From Gordius albopunctatus (lineage: Eukaryota): a DNA stretch of 64,000 nucleotides. The notes below the pieces were generated by a model, which saw only the letters and a list, made by a program, of their open reading frames with translations, did not search any database and was not told the origin of the DNA. Shown here piece after piece: positions 1 through 11,571 of the stretch; within the stretch, counting starts at the first letter, position 1; every line of letters begins with the position of its first letter. The DNA is taken from assembly GCA_964276515.1 (NCBI GenBank), contig OZ193909.1:3968001-4032000 (forward strand), read 5' to 3'. The position numbers were made by a program, and so were the translations under genes.

Positions 1-1252
1 TACATTCAAATAAACAATATATACATTAAAAAAAATCTAACGGCTATGACTAGATCCGGTTATTTTCAAAATATTTTAGATTTTTGTTTTTTTAAACTTA
101 ATTTGTGATAAACTTTTATTTGCCTCCAAATATTTTTCCTATAGTAAAAATAGACCTTAAAAATATATTCCAACAAAAAAAATGGAAAAATTGTTTTTAG
201 TTTTTTTTAAACGCGATTTAATTTTTTATGGCTAAAGTAGCCCTGGTCTTCCCTATATGTTTTCTCTCTCTAAAACTAAAAATGTTTCAAAAACTGGAAA
301 GTCAATAGTGTTGGGAACCTAAAAGATTTAACATTTTTTCGAGTATGATTTAAGATTTAGAGTGGGTTCAAAGTTTTTGATGATTTCTAGAGCTTTACTA
401 ATCTCCTCCGGGCGGCCAAATAGTGTGGCGTCGTTGATACAAAATATTTAAATCGAGGGTACACTGAGATGATATAGCCTCGACTGAATTATGAATGCCT
501 AAACAAAATAAAGGAGGGCCTAATGGATCTCCTTGTTGGATGCCTTCGGACGAGTCAATGAGGTATTCGCCGAATCTAAGCTTGGTTATAGAACCATAGC
601 TTAATAAAATGTAATTTAAAAATTGTGTGGATACAGCTAAAAAAGTGTTAATGAGGGTTTCTCTTCGAATGCTGTTAAAAGCATTGGCAAATATAATGAT
701 TTTTCCTATTGCTTGCGGCTAGATATGCTTTTATGTACATTATCATATATAAAAAATTTGTTAGTTGATTAAAAAATCTTATTTTTATTTAATATCTGTG
801 ACGAAAGGGTTAGGACATTTTTTATCAATAGAGACGATAGTTTATCACCCCATATATGTCAACTTTATTTCTAAATCTGTGTCCGAAATTGCCAAAATTA
901 AGTTTAAAATATAAATCAAATGTTTAACAACATTTTTACTGAAAATTGACTATTAGTAGAAAAGTCAATTCTTTTAAATAACAAAACAACCAGGAAATAT
1001 TGAATATTGTTGTAGTTTTAGTTGAATCACTTTACTTACTCGCTTATGCAAATGAGCTAGGAAGGATAGCCTGTTGTATCTTGCCAACTAAAATTAGTTA
1101 TGTGAATAATGGGCACTAATTATAAGCAGGCAAATATATAAAAAGCATGCCTCATATTAGTGGAGATGTGCAGTACATGGAACTGTCGGCATCCCTCATG
1201 CAAATGAGAAGTGCATCGACAAGGTGTAAATAGCGGGCATTTGACCATGATA

Positions 1253-1925
1253 CATGCCCTACATTAGGCTTGCTAGAAGACGACAACTATCAGGACAGTA
1301 TTCTTACTGAAGCAGCATTAAACTATACAGGAACACAAATTCGTCAACTATTCGCTATAGTGTTGACTGAATGTTTTTAAAATTAGTCATTTTGGTATGA
1401 GTTAACCAAATCAATGTACATCTGATTTACTCAACACTGATATGAGTCTTGAACTGCAGTATAATACTTTAGAAATGGCAGCGATTGTTACTCGCAATGT
1501 CCCACCACTAACTCATGAACAAAAAACCATTTACGACCGCATTATGCTGATAGTTTCGTCAGGACAAGGGGTTTCTTTTTTTTTTTTTTTTGTTAAAGTT
1601 TATTTTCAAGAAACAAAGTTACATTAATAAGCGAAATACAAAAATAAAGACATATGGTAGAACTGGCAAAACATTTCTCATTTAGATAATTCTTGCCGAC
1701 ATACGATACAAAAAAGGCATTGCATTGGCTGTGTCATTAAAATATTAATGAAAAACTCGAAGTCAGCATTTTGAATGGCAAGGTTCGATGTGAACATGTA
1801 TGCTGTCACGAATCCCTATGATTCCCACATATATGCCGATTGAATTCAAACGCATAAAATTTCCAATTAGATTGGCATTCCCATGACAATCAATAAGGCG
1901 CAAGGCCAAACGATGTCTATTTATA
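1253..1925 (+). mobile_element. 3' part of the Helitron relic, truncated by the deletion junction
   Basis: Near-identical to 19523-20195. Confidence 0.85.
1576..1651 (-). mobile_element. Very short retro-insertion (CRE-like 3' UTR plus poly-A) in the Helitron helicase
   Basis: T16 followed by about 60 bp similar to 10462-10526, the 3' UTR of element B. The other copies (19846, 38417, 57114) have a 15-nt run. Confidence 0.75.
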
Positions 1926-2085
1926 GCTTAAATGAATTATTTTTTAATCGTCATAATTTGATGTATATATAGGTAGCAAAAATGATTTAATAAAGTATAA
2001 AGAATGAAATTAATAAATGATTAGTGTATTGTCATTTATAAGCCAACAATCATTAACCTGCAATTTATTTACTAATTTCTAATAT

Positions 2086-2537
2086 AATAATTAATTAGTT
2101 GAGTAAAACGAGCTAAAGTACAAATATTAATAATAACAATTAATTAGTTGAGTAAAACGAGCTAAAGTACAACTATTAACAATAACAATTAATTAGTTGA
2201 GTAAAACGAGCTAAAGTACAAATATTAATAATAACAATTAGTTGAGTAAAACGAGCTAAAGTACAAATATTAATAGTAACAATTAATTAGTTGAGTAAAA
2301 CGAGCTAAAGTACAAATATTAATAATAACAATTAATTAGTTGAGTAAAACGAGCTAAAGTACAAATTTTAATAGTAAAAATTAATTAGTTGAGTAAAACG
2401 AACGGAAGTACAAATATTAATAGTAACAATTAATTAGTTTAGTAAAACGAGCTGAAGTATTAATAATAATAATAATTAATTAGTTGAGTAAAACGAGCTA
2501 AAGTACAAATATATATAATAACAATTAATTAGTTGAG
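2086..2537. repeat. 49-bp minisatellite, about 9.3 copies
   Basis: Unit AATTAATTAGTTGAGTAAAACGAGCTAAAGTACAAATATTAATAATAAC, with cores at 2101, 2150, 2199, 2244, 2293, 2342, 2391, 2440 and 2486. Confidence 0.95.
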
Positions 2538-2571
2538 ATATTATTTGAAAATTATACAAATTAAAGTCGTA

Positions 2572-5500
2572 ATGGAAAATTTTATGCATAAATATTTATT
2601 ATTTATATTGGCGAGTAAGCTTTAATATATATTTGACTTATATTAAATATAATTATATCGATTTAAATCATTGGAAATTATTAAAAATTACCTATTCAAT
2701 ATTTTGATATTTTGTTAAAATTCCAAAATTTTTTAAAATTTAGTTCTATATAAAGTCAACTTTGCGCTAACGTACGAAGAATTTAATGACAATTTCAATG
2801 CGTGTCCTATAGGAAGTTATGGAATTGATTGCTCACAAAGTAAAATAACACCTTTAAAAGTATCAATGAAAAAGTTTAAAAAAAGTCATAACATTTCGAT
2901 TAGAACCTAACTCAATATGAAAAATCAAATATCGTTTTTCATTTGGATATTTAAACTATATTCGTTGGTTAAGGTTTGTAGAACAGAATCAAACAATCAA
3001 TTCTTTTTAAACAAATCAGAAAGGATTAAAATAAACTTTTTTGAATTAAAAAATTTAGAAGTAGTAAAAGGCTTTCATTAGTTAGTAAATAATATTAAAA
3101 CGTTTCGAAAATTAGCCCACTTCACAGCCTAAAACTACAAATCTAGTTCCACTAAATAATGCCTCATAATCTTAATACTATATAAATTAACTAAAATTTA
3201 ACGTTAATAATAACTTTGATAAAATAGACAGTTAAAAAATGTTAAATACTTTCAATAAAACACATTTATAAAAACATATATTCTTTTGTTTACGCATATT
3301 TCACATGCTTATTAATAGATTGTTCGTGTAACTTGAAAGGCTCATTTGGTGAATGTGATTTTTATGGTTGGTGCATATGCCATGATAACTATTCCGGAGG
3401 CTATTGCCAAGACGGTTATAATAATTATGACACATAATATATTCATTTCCAATTTATCAGTTATGTTATTTATGATTTGGCTATCAAAAAATTAATTTAG
3501 AATTAAGAAAATTTTCTTCTTCTTTATCAAGTATTTGATCTCACTGTCGTCGGATTTGTTTTGACAGTTTTCTTTTATCTTGAATTGGTAAGGGCCATGT
3601 CTTGGTTAATATTCTTATTATTCATAACTTTGTCCACTTGTCCTTGCAATGAGACAAGAGCGTCCTCCTCCTCCTTTCCACGATACCCCCATATACAGTA
3701 CTTTTCGAATACATCACTCGTCTTCCTTCTTAGTATGTGCCCATCTTTTTTCGTTAAGTCCGTCATAAGTTGAATATCCATTTTCGTCCTGAGAAACATA
3801 TGGTCGAGCTTAGTATACCCAAGGCTCCACCATATGACTCTCTTCTCCATGGCCTGTACCAACTTTTCTTCCGTGACGTATAGTGCCTCTGTAAAGTAAC
3901 CCCAATCTTACGATGGATTTGTAAGCTTTGTTCTTCAACCATAGTGGAATTTTCTTGTCGCACATTACACGTGATAGACTTCGCCATTTAAGCCATCTTT
4001 TTTGAATCCGGGCATTTACGTGTGTTGCGTAATCTCTCTCCTAATGTTGCATCGAGTCAAGGTATGCAAACCTATCTACTTTTGGGTACTTCATATAATC
4101 ATCTAATGATGTGGTGTCTATAACCTTTATCTCCATGTACACCGTTTTTATATTTTTGACCTTTAAACCATATTCCGCTGAGCGCTTTGACCATTTTTTG
4201 GCTTCTTAGAATACTTTCTCCTTTGTCCCTTCGCATAGTAATATATCATCGGCATATAGCATACAGCAGATGGCTTATAAATGTCTCTAGTTATCATCCA
4301 CAATTATATTGAATAAAAAACGATTTAAAGCAGATCATTCTTGTAATCCAATTTTAACCTAAAAAGGTTGAGAGTCTCCAACTGTCGTCCTAACGCACGT
4401 TGAAGTTTGATACATATTTTTCATAAGTTGTACATATGCGTCAGGGATGATTTATTTTACATTTACCAAAATATGGACTTTGCAACAAAACCTAATTTAT
4501 TTGTATATGACCTTCACCCAAACTAAATTTTTATATCATATAGGATCAACATCTAATCAGATGAGAGATTTAAAGTAAAAAGCAGCTGACTTAACTTGCT
4601 TTTAAATGCCACAATTAAAACATTTTGATAATCATCTATGTTGTATAAATCAAGGAAACACATGTATGAATAGAAAACCAATTCAATGCAGGGGGTTAAG
4701 ATTAATTAGTTCATATTTAATTAAAATACCGTTAAAATTTATCTATATGAAAGACATTATTACTACGCTCTCTATATAATAGTAATAATAATAAAATTCT
4801 GAGCTAGACTCATATGCAACAAACTTCATTGTTTATTTAGTGAGTAAATGTCCATCTAAAAAGGTGAATCCAATCGGAATGTGCATTTGTCAGGATTACG
4901 TTGTTGGGCAACTCTGCAACGAAAGTAAGTAACTTCTAAACCTATTTACTATGGCATAAGCCAACGATTTGAAAAAATAAAAATGAAATGTATTTTTGGG
5001 GCAATTACAGAGTGCGTTCGGAGTCAAACACTGTGGACTCATAATGGATACTGCGTTTGCAAAGATGGATTTTATGGTCGTTTGTGTGAATCGGGTACAT
5101 TATTCTCTATTAACCCTCGAGAGCATTCGTGGGGTCCAAACACAAATATAAAATGCATTTAAAAACGAATTAATCTGGCCTTTTCAGTAGCCTAATATTT
5201 TACCAAGAACTAAGTTTTAGGAAAATTTCATAACTTTTGGCCCACTACTTTTTAAACTGTGTACCCCACGAATGCTCTCACGTAAGTTTTTTTCTATTGG
5301 AAAAAATGTATGTATTTTTTTTGTTTGATGATATCTTTTACAATTTGTGTTTTTAATATATTTTGGACATTCTTTTAATAAAAAATCACGTTTATTTTGA
5401 TTTATTTTAAGGTATATGATGTCAAGAGGTAAAACTCTAAAATAGTCAAAATAAAAATGGGGGTCAAGAAAATCGTTAATAAGTTTTGTAATGTTGATTA

Positions 5501-8500
5501 GATTCATATCAAAATTTATACCATCAATCTTAAGACCTTTATAAACACATTTTCAAAATTTGAAAGGTTTAAAAAAATACTTAAAAAGTTATAGGAAGTT
5601 AAAAAATGGGGTCAAATATACCCCACGAATGCTCTCGCGTTCGTGATTTTCAGGAGTGCTCTCGAGGGTTAATAACGTCGTTAATTTGTTTCATAAAATT
5701 TTGAGATAAATTTGGCTTGTTCGTGATAACTGTGAAGGTGTACAAAGGTCACAACACCATAGAAATTGGTGCAACTCGTTCATAATGAGTTATTTGAGTT
5801 TTAAATAGAAACTATTGAACTATAAGTGATATCAAAATCTTACTTTTGCGGTGTTTTAAGAAGAATATTGCAAATAATAATTAAATGACATTATTTATAA
5901 GTGAGTTAAAAATTTATATATAACTTACGTAAGAAATTCAAGTCACTGTTAATATTTCAAAACTTATATTGATTTATATTTGGGTATTGAAGATAGATAT
6001 ATTTATGACTCTAATCAAGATATTAATAAATTTAACATTAAAAATTATCGCACTTCCTATCCATTTAAAACAAAGCAACTAGATGCTATAAGGAGTTAAA
6101 AGAGGTTTAAAGAAAGTCGATCTTAAAATTAGAAGGCAGTAATCAAGGTTATTTAAAATATGAAACCTTATTACAATTTTATATTTAAAAATCTTTTTTA
6201 GCTATAACTAAATCATAGAAAAAAATATATATATATATTCTAAAATTTCTGACTTTATCAAATTCTCAAATTTAATGATTAATTCCGTTTTTTGTTATTA
6301 CATTTTACCAGGGACGAATATAATATAACAACATTGTTAATATTACCCGTCACAGTATCTTATATAGCTGGCTAATAATCATTCTAAGATTAATCTAAAC
6401 TAAAAATTAGATTATATTTGAAAATTGGAAACCATCAGGTTGAGATGTATGTGATTATCGATTATTATTTCGAATGATTTTCACATGTTTATAATATTTT
6501 TTATTTTAACTCCGACATTTTAGGAGCTTACAGTTTGGAAATTTAACAAAATTTCCTTCAATAGATATAATGACTTTTTCATCAATTTTTTTATGAAAAA
6601 TTTGTAGTTTCTAGATTTAAAGTTTAAGATAAGAATAAATGACTTAAAAGGTCTGGGTCCCCTTATTAAATTATATCAAAATTGAAAAATTCAATAATCA
6701 TATCTTAAATTCACCTCTAATGTATTTGTTAGTTTGTAGTTGTAAGCATATGAAAAATGGAAACAAATGCTCTTGGGAAGGCAAATGCGAATGCCCAATC
6801 GGCAAATATGGAAGCAACTGCAGTTCAAGTATATATATATATATATATATATAATTTTTATATATAAGATTTAGTCTTTGTTTTAATAAGTTTCATCCAT
6901 CTTGACGTTATGAAATTATGTTTAATCATTATCCTATATATATATCGCGTGTGTTATTTAACTATTTTATTATTATGGACATGTCTAGGGGTGCCTATCC
7001 CCCCTCTTTTAATTGCTATGCATTTCATGGTTAATACATATTATTATATATTAAGCCAAATGAGGATTAGAATTTAAAAATATCATCAGTATGCATCTCA
7101 GTTAATCATGAGCATCTTCTTTGCATCCCCATTTGAGTAAAATCTGACTTAGCCCATCATAAATTCCACCTTAACTACTCTCTATTACCAACTTATTTTT
7201 TTATAATAAATTTTTGAATACCAAATTTTCAATGATTAAAGCAATAAATGATCAAAACATCCTACCTTAAAAATTCATTTTCAGTGATAAGTTAATTTAA
7301 AAAATGAATTTTTTAACACTCTCTGTGTTGTAATTTCAGGAGTTCTCTAGGTACACCTCTCAATCATTGATTTAAATTTTACAGCATATTTATTTAGGGG
7401 GAAGAATTTTATTGTGATTTCAGTAGTAAAATATATAATTCAATTTACTCCTCATTTTTAAATTCTACCATTTTTACATCTTAAACTCATAGTTACCTAT
7501 TTAAAATGACTACTTCATAGATTTATTCTCATATAATTTCAATAAATAAAAAGCCATATTTTTATTTAATATAAAATTTTTTTTACCAAATTGCACATCT
7601 TCTGTAATTTTAAATGCAAGGAGTAATAATTTTGAATCGTTAATAGATTGCGAATGCCATGAACGCAATTCCAAATCTGCCGAATGCAAATGCCATTATG
7701 AACGCGATTCAAAATCTGGTGAATGCAAATGCCATAAAGGCGATCCCAAATCTGGCGAATGCAATAGAAAGCGTTGTTATTGCAAAACAGGGTTTTATGG
7801 CGACGATTGCAGTAAAGGTATTGGTGAATGTCATTTATATAAAAAATAAATAAATAAAGCTCGCTTGTTTTGCTATAAAATTAGATAATACAGATTGGCA
7901 AAACATTTGACTAGTGATGATTATGTTTTAATACGTATTAATGATGAACACATGAAGTCTGGTTTAACATGTTTTATAAATTAGGGCTTTGTAAAGATTG
8001 TCAAATCCTTTATTTTTATTATTAAACCAAAACACGCAATGATAAAAATCAAATAACAGCGAAATTAAATATAAGCGAGGGTGTTGGTAAGGATGATAAA
8101 AAATTTAGCAGGTTTGATGATTAGATAACTAGCTAGGTGCAGTTGAAAGCTATGTCAACAATGTGATGTTGGTAGAATAAGATGTGATCGCAAAAGTAAT
8201 GAATAAATGGAATATCCAGAGGAGCAGAGTAACGTTGGAGTGAGTCCTGTAATCCTTTTATATATGTTTGATAAATCTGGAAAAATCTATATATTTCTCG
8301 TAAAAAAAAACAATTTGGTACATGCCAATAAAAATACCAGTTTAACTGCAGTTGGATACATCGAAATCGCCACAGCTTAATTAAAGTGACAATAACATGC
8401 GTTTTCAACCATTTCTGATTGACCTATAAGTTTAAAAGTCTTTAAATTATTTCTAGGGGAACCTTATAAATCTATTAACATATGGAAATAACTTTTTAGA

Positions 8501-9525
8501 TTATTCCAAAAAAATGAGCTTTTTACGTAATGTTGTTGGGATGCTTCCGCTAGATTCAACGTCTTCCATTCTAAGGCTGTATTAATTACAAATGCTCTTA
8601 GAATGGTAAATTTTGTTATTGATACTTCAGATAAAAAAGTTTTTCATTTAAGAAAAAAACGAAATTAGTAACATTCTTTTATACAATAACAATACTAATA
8701 TACAGCGAGGTTTCTGGCACTGATACCAATGTGTCTCTAAAAGTGTTAAAACACCTTGATACATTATTAAAAATATGATCTCGATATTCTTCCCACAAGC
8801 TACTGGTATGCTTCAAAGATTATCTTAATTTAAAAGAACATTTTATATGATTCTTATGAGTTTAGTGCTCAACTAAATATTTTTGATTTACCGAATATTA
8901 TATATATTATTTTACGTATTTATACTAATTTTGTATAAATCTAGAATGCCCGAAAAATTGCATTAACGCCTACGGACGTAACGACTGCAACATTGAAGGC
9001 GAATGCATATGCCTAGATGGCTATGCTGGGGATCGATGTCAAAATGTAATGCATGGAATATCTTGAGCTAATATACCTGTTCTCATAAATCAGCATAAAA
9101 AATGGCTAATCATTTGAGATGGAAAACTAAGACGATTGTCAAATTTGTCTCTTTAGCGTAGTGTAGTAAAAACGGTTGGGTTTTATTTGGTCGACCTTCG
9201 GTTTTAGTGGATTAAACATAAACAAACCAAAGGTTTTTTGGTCTGTTCTCCTTAGTCGACCTCTAGACTTAGTCGAAATTTTAAAAATAGACCAGAGTCG
9301 AGCATTTTGCAAATCAAATTCCTCAAAAGTGCACCGTATCTACTTGTTTCACTATAGATCGGGTGTGTTGAAAGCTATACAAGTTTCGCTGTTGATCTCA
9401 GAGCATCATAAAAACTATTAGTTAAATAAATTAAGAAACCAATAAATATTATTCTATTTTTCTAGAAGTCAACATCCGATCCAATAAAAGAATGGCTTCA
9501 ACTTAACGCCCCAAAAATAACATAA
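2572..9525 (+). CDS. 9-exon gene for a 276-aa secreted/surface Cys-rich EGF-like repeat protein (copy 1)
   Basis: Exons are 2572-2614, 2744-2839, 3319-3414, 4841-4924, 5011-5094, 6733-6828, 7647-7817, 8945-9045 and 9466-9525. All introns are GT-AG; introns 1-7 are phase 1 and intron 8 is phase 0. The spliced frame is open for 831 nt: MENFMHKYLLFILAILYKVNFALTYEEF...CPIGSYGIDCSQNCSCNLKGSFGECDFYGWCICHDNYSGGYC...CVCKDGFYGRLC...CECPIGKYGSNC...CICLDGYAGDRCQNKSTSDPIKEWLQLNAPKIT*. Hydrophobic N-terminus and repeated CxCx5GxxC EGF-type motifs. Confidence 0.88.
3513..4455 (-). mobile_element. 5'-truncated degenerate RTE-like LINE in intron 3 of the EGF-like gene (antisense)
   Basis: RT motifs VKIGLQE*SALNRFLFNIIVD and CMLYADDILL, then YGLKV..KTVYM and GHILRR. 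The 3' end is AAGAAGAAGAA, as in RTE-clade tails. Confidence 0.8.
5114..5668. mobile_element. 555-bp piggyBac-type non-autonomous element in intron 5 of the EGF-like gene
   Basis: TTAA|CCCTCGAGAGCATTC ... GAGTGCTCTCGAGGG|TTAA: a TTAA duplication with CCC/GGG termini. Internal repeats CCCCACGAATGCTCTC lie at about 5264 and 5621. Confidence 0.9.
6830..6852. repeat. (TA)n microsatellite starting at the exon 6 splice donor
   Basis: The sequence GTATATATAT... directly follows the exon. Confidence 0.9.
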
Positions 9526-11571
9526 CATGGCTTATTATTTTTTACATATACCCTTATAGCTTTGTGTAATTTATATTATTTACACTAATAAATTTCCATA
9601 TTAATTGCTATCGATGTATGCTTTATAATAGGACATTTTTTGGTATACACAAAATATTTTATCATGATAAAATACAAATATTATAATTTATTTAAAAAAA
9701 ATTAGAACCTTATTATTATTATGATCTGTTATCAAGAATCTATGAGAAAAAAATCTTACCAATAACTTTTATTTAAAAATCGTTAAAATATTTATTTGAA
9801 ACGAATTCACCTTGGTCATGTTATATTGCGACGCGCTTTATTGTCAACTTCTATTTGTCCTCGCAAACTTAAAAGGTTCGCCAAAGTTTTATTCTGTAGA
9901 TGGGATTATATGGATGAATCTTGCTGATATAAACTCATATCAATATTATATCTTACTTAACACCATCACTAGAGGCAATAACGTTTAAAGAGAGGCAAAA
10001 TGAGAATTTTATGAAATTTTAAAGTATTTTCGGATTTAGAGGGCGCCAGCTGCCCCTCCCTACCACCCCCTGACGCCATGATAACTAATAAAGTCATGGC
10101 GAAATTAGTTATAGCGATTTATTAACCATTACTTTACTTTATTGTGATTTGTGAACATATTAATGCCTTCCATCGAAATTTCTCGTAACAAATTAACTCC
10201 AAAGATAACTGATAAACAATTCTGCAAGAATCGATAGATTAAAGACGAATGCAAAAGTCAAAATTTCATCAAAAGAGTCTACCAAAAAATTTGGCAACAA
10301 AATACATGCCTTTTATTTAAACGAATTTTTGGGAGCATAACCTTCTTCATACCTGGCTAATAATATAGAATTATATTTGACACTGTATCACAAAACTATT
10401 TAAGACTAACTAATATCGATCATGGCAATCAAAATCTGACTAATACAATGATTTTTATGGTTAAAAAGTTTATTTTAATGAAACAAAGTTACATAAATAA
10501 GCTAAATACAAAAATAAATAAAGACCTATTAGTTAGATACATAGATCTATATCATGATCTCCTGAAATGGGCCATCAGTCGGCAAAGGATTTATAGTTGT
10601 ATCGTAGAATAATAATCCCTAGTTGTTGCCTGAGTAAAAAGGACTAAGAAATTTTAGATTTCGGTGAGCGTTTTCCGATTTCTTTAAAAAACCCCATTAC
10701 CTGCTTACCAAAAGAACAGGAGCACGAGGCAACGACAGTGATAAAAATATTGGATGCCAAAAGGGCAGAGTACTTTGTAGTTTTACGCCCTTTTGCTGCA
10801 GCGATAGGGTCGTAATTAAAATGGGAAGAGGCAAATATGTCAATACAAGTAAAATCCCATTTGAGGGATAGGCTATTTTGCCAGGGGACTAGAGAAGAAC
10901 TGTCAGGGCGCATCCTACCTTCAAGAGAGGGATCTAACGGCTCACGGATTGAGGGGATTGCATGGGTAGGCTTCAAGCCACTCGTGACTGGGACCATAAA
11001 AAGCGAGGGACCTAAGGTTGTAATGCTGGCTATCATCGCTGCTCGATAAAAGGTAATCAACGGAGCGCGATACTAGTCAAGAATCCCAATCTTGTCTCGT
11101 ACTTTGAGGTTAAATAGTCTCTGGTGTCACATTCAAATTCCAAAGCTCCAAGGCTTGAGTTAACAGAGGGTCGGAATCATATGTTGTGAGATTAAAAATT
11201 GAGTTTTGGACTGACTTAAAAGAGGAAATAAAAGCAGCTAGCGATAGGCTGCCGCCAGGACGAATTCCTGATCCTCCATATTTGGTTGGAAGGGATGCTT
11301 GAATCCGATTGTTAGTATTAAATTTTAAATTTTTTCTAATAAAGTTTTTAAAAAGCCTTCGTGCGACTTTAAAACGTGTTGGTGTCAAAATGCAGCAGAT
11401 GAGCGAAAACAATGATAAATCTTTTAAATGTTGAAATAGTTTTTGATTAAGTAAAAAATGTGATGTGCAGGCAAGCATTTTAAAAGTTCCGTTTTAGATT
11501 TTAATATTTCGAGGTTCTTATGAAGCAAATTTAAAAGAGATTTTTCGCCGCCAATGGATGATCCCAAAAGG

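Noticed and set aside
2086..2537. CRISPR-like array
   Set aside because: The repeats are contiguous with no unique spacers, there are no cas genes, and the context is eukaryotic.
5217..5507. 96-aa ORF as a transposase
   Set aside because: AT-rich chance ORF inside the piggyBac-type MITE, with no transposase motifs.
7659..7853. ORF MNAIPNLPNANAI... as a repeat protein
   Set aside because: It is the wrong reading frame of EGF-like exon 7.
8133..8408. 91-aa antisense ORF in intron 7
   Set aside because: No recognisable domain and a non-ATG start. Possibly a decayed TE fragment, but this is unsupported.
9159..9355. GTCGAC-rich segment with TAGTG...CACTA ends, and the overlapping 81-aa ORF
   Set aside because: The inverted repeat is too weak to call a MITE, and the ORF has no recognisable motif.
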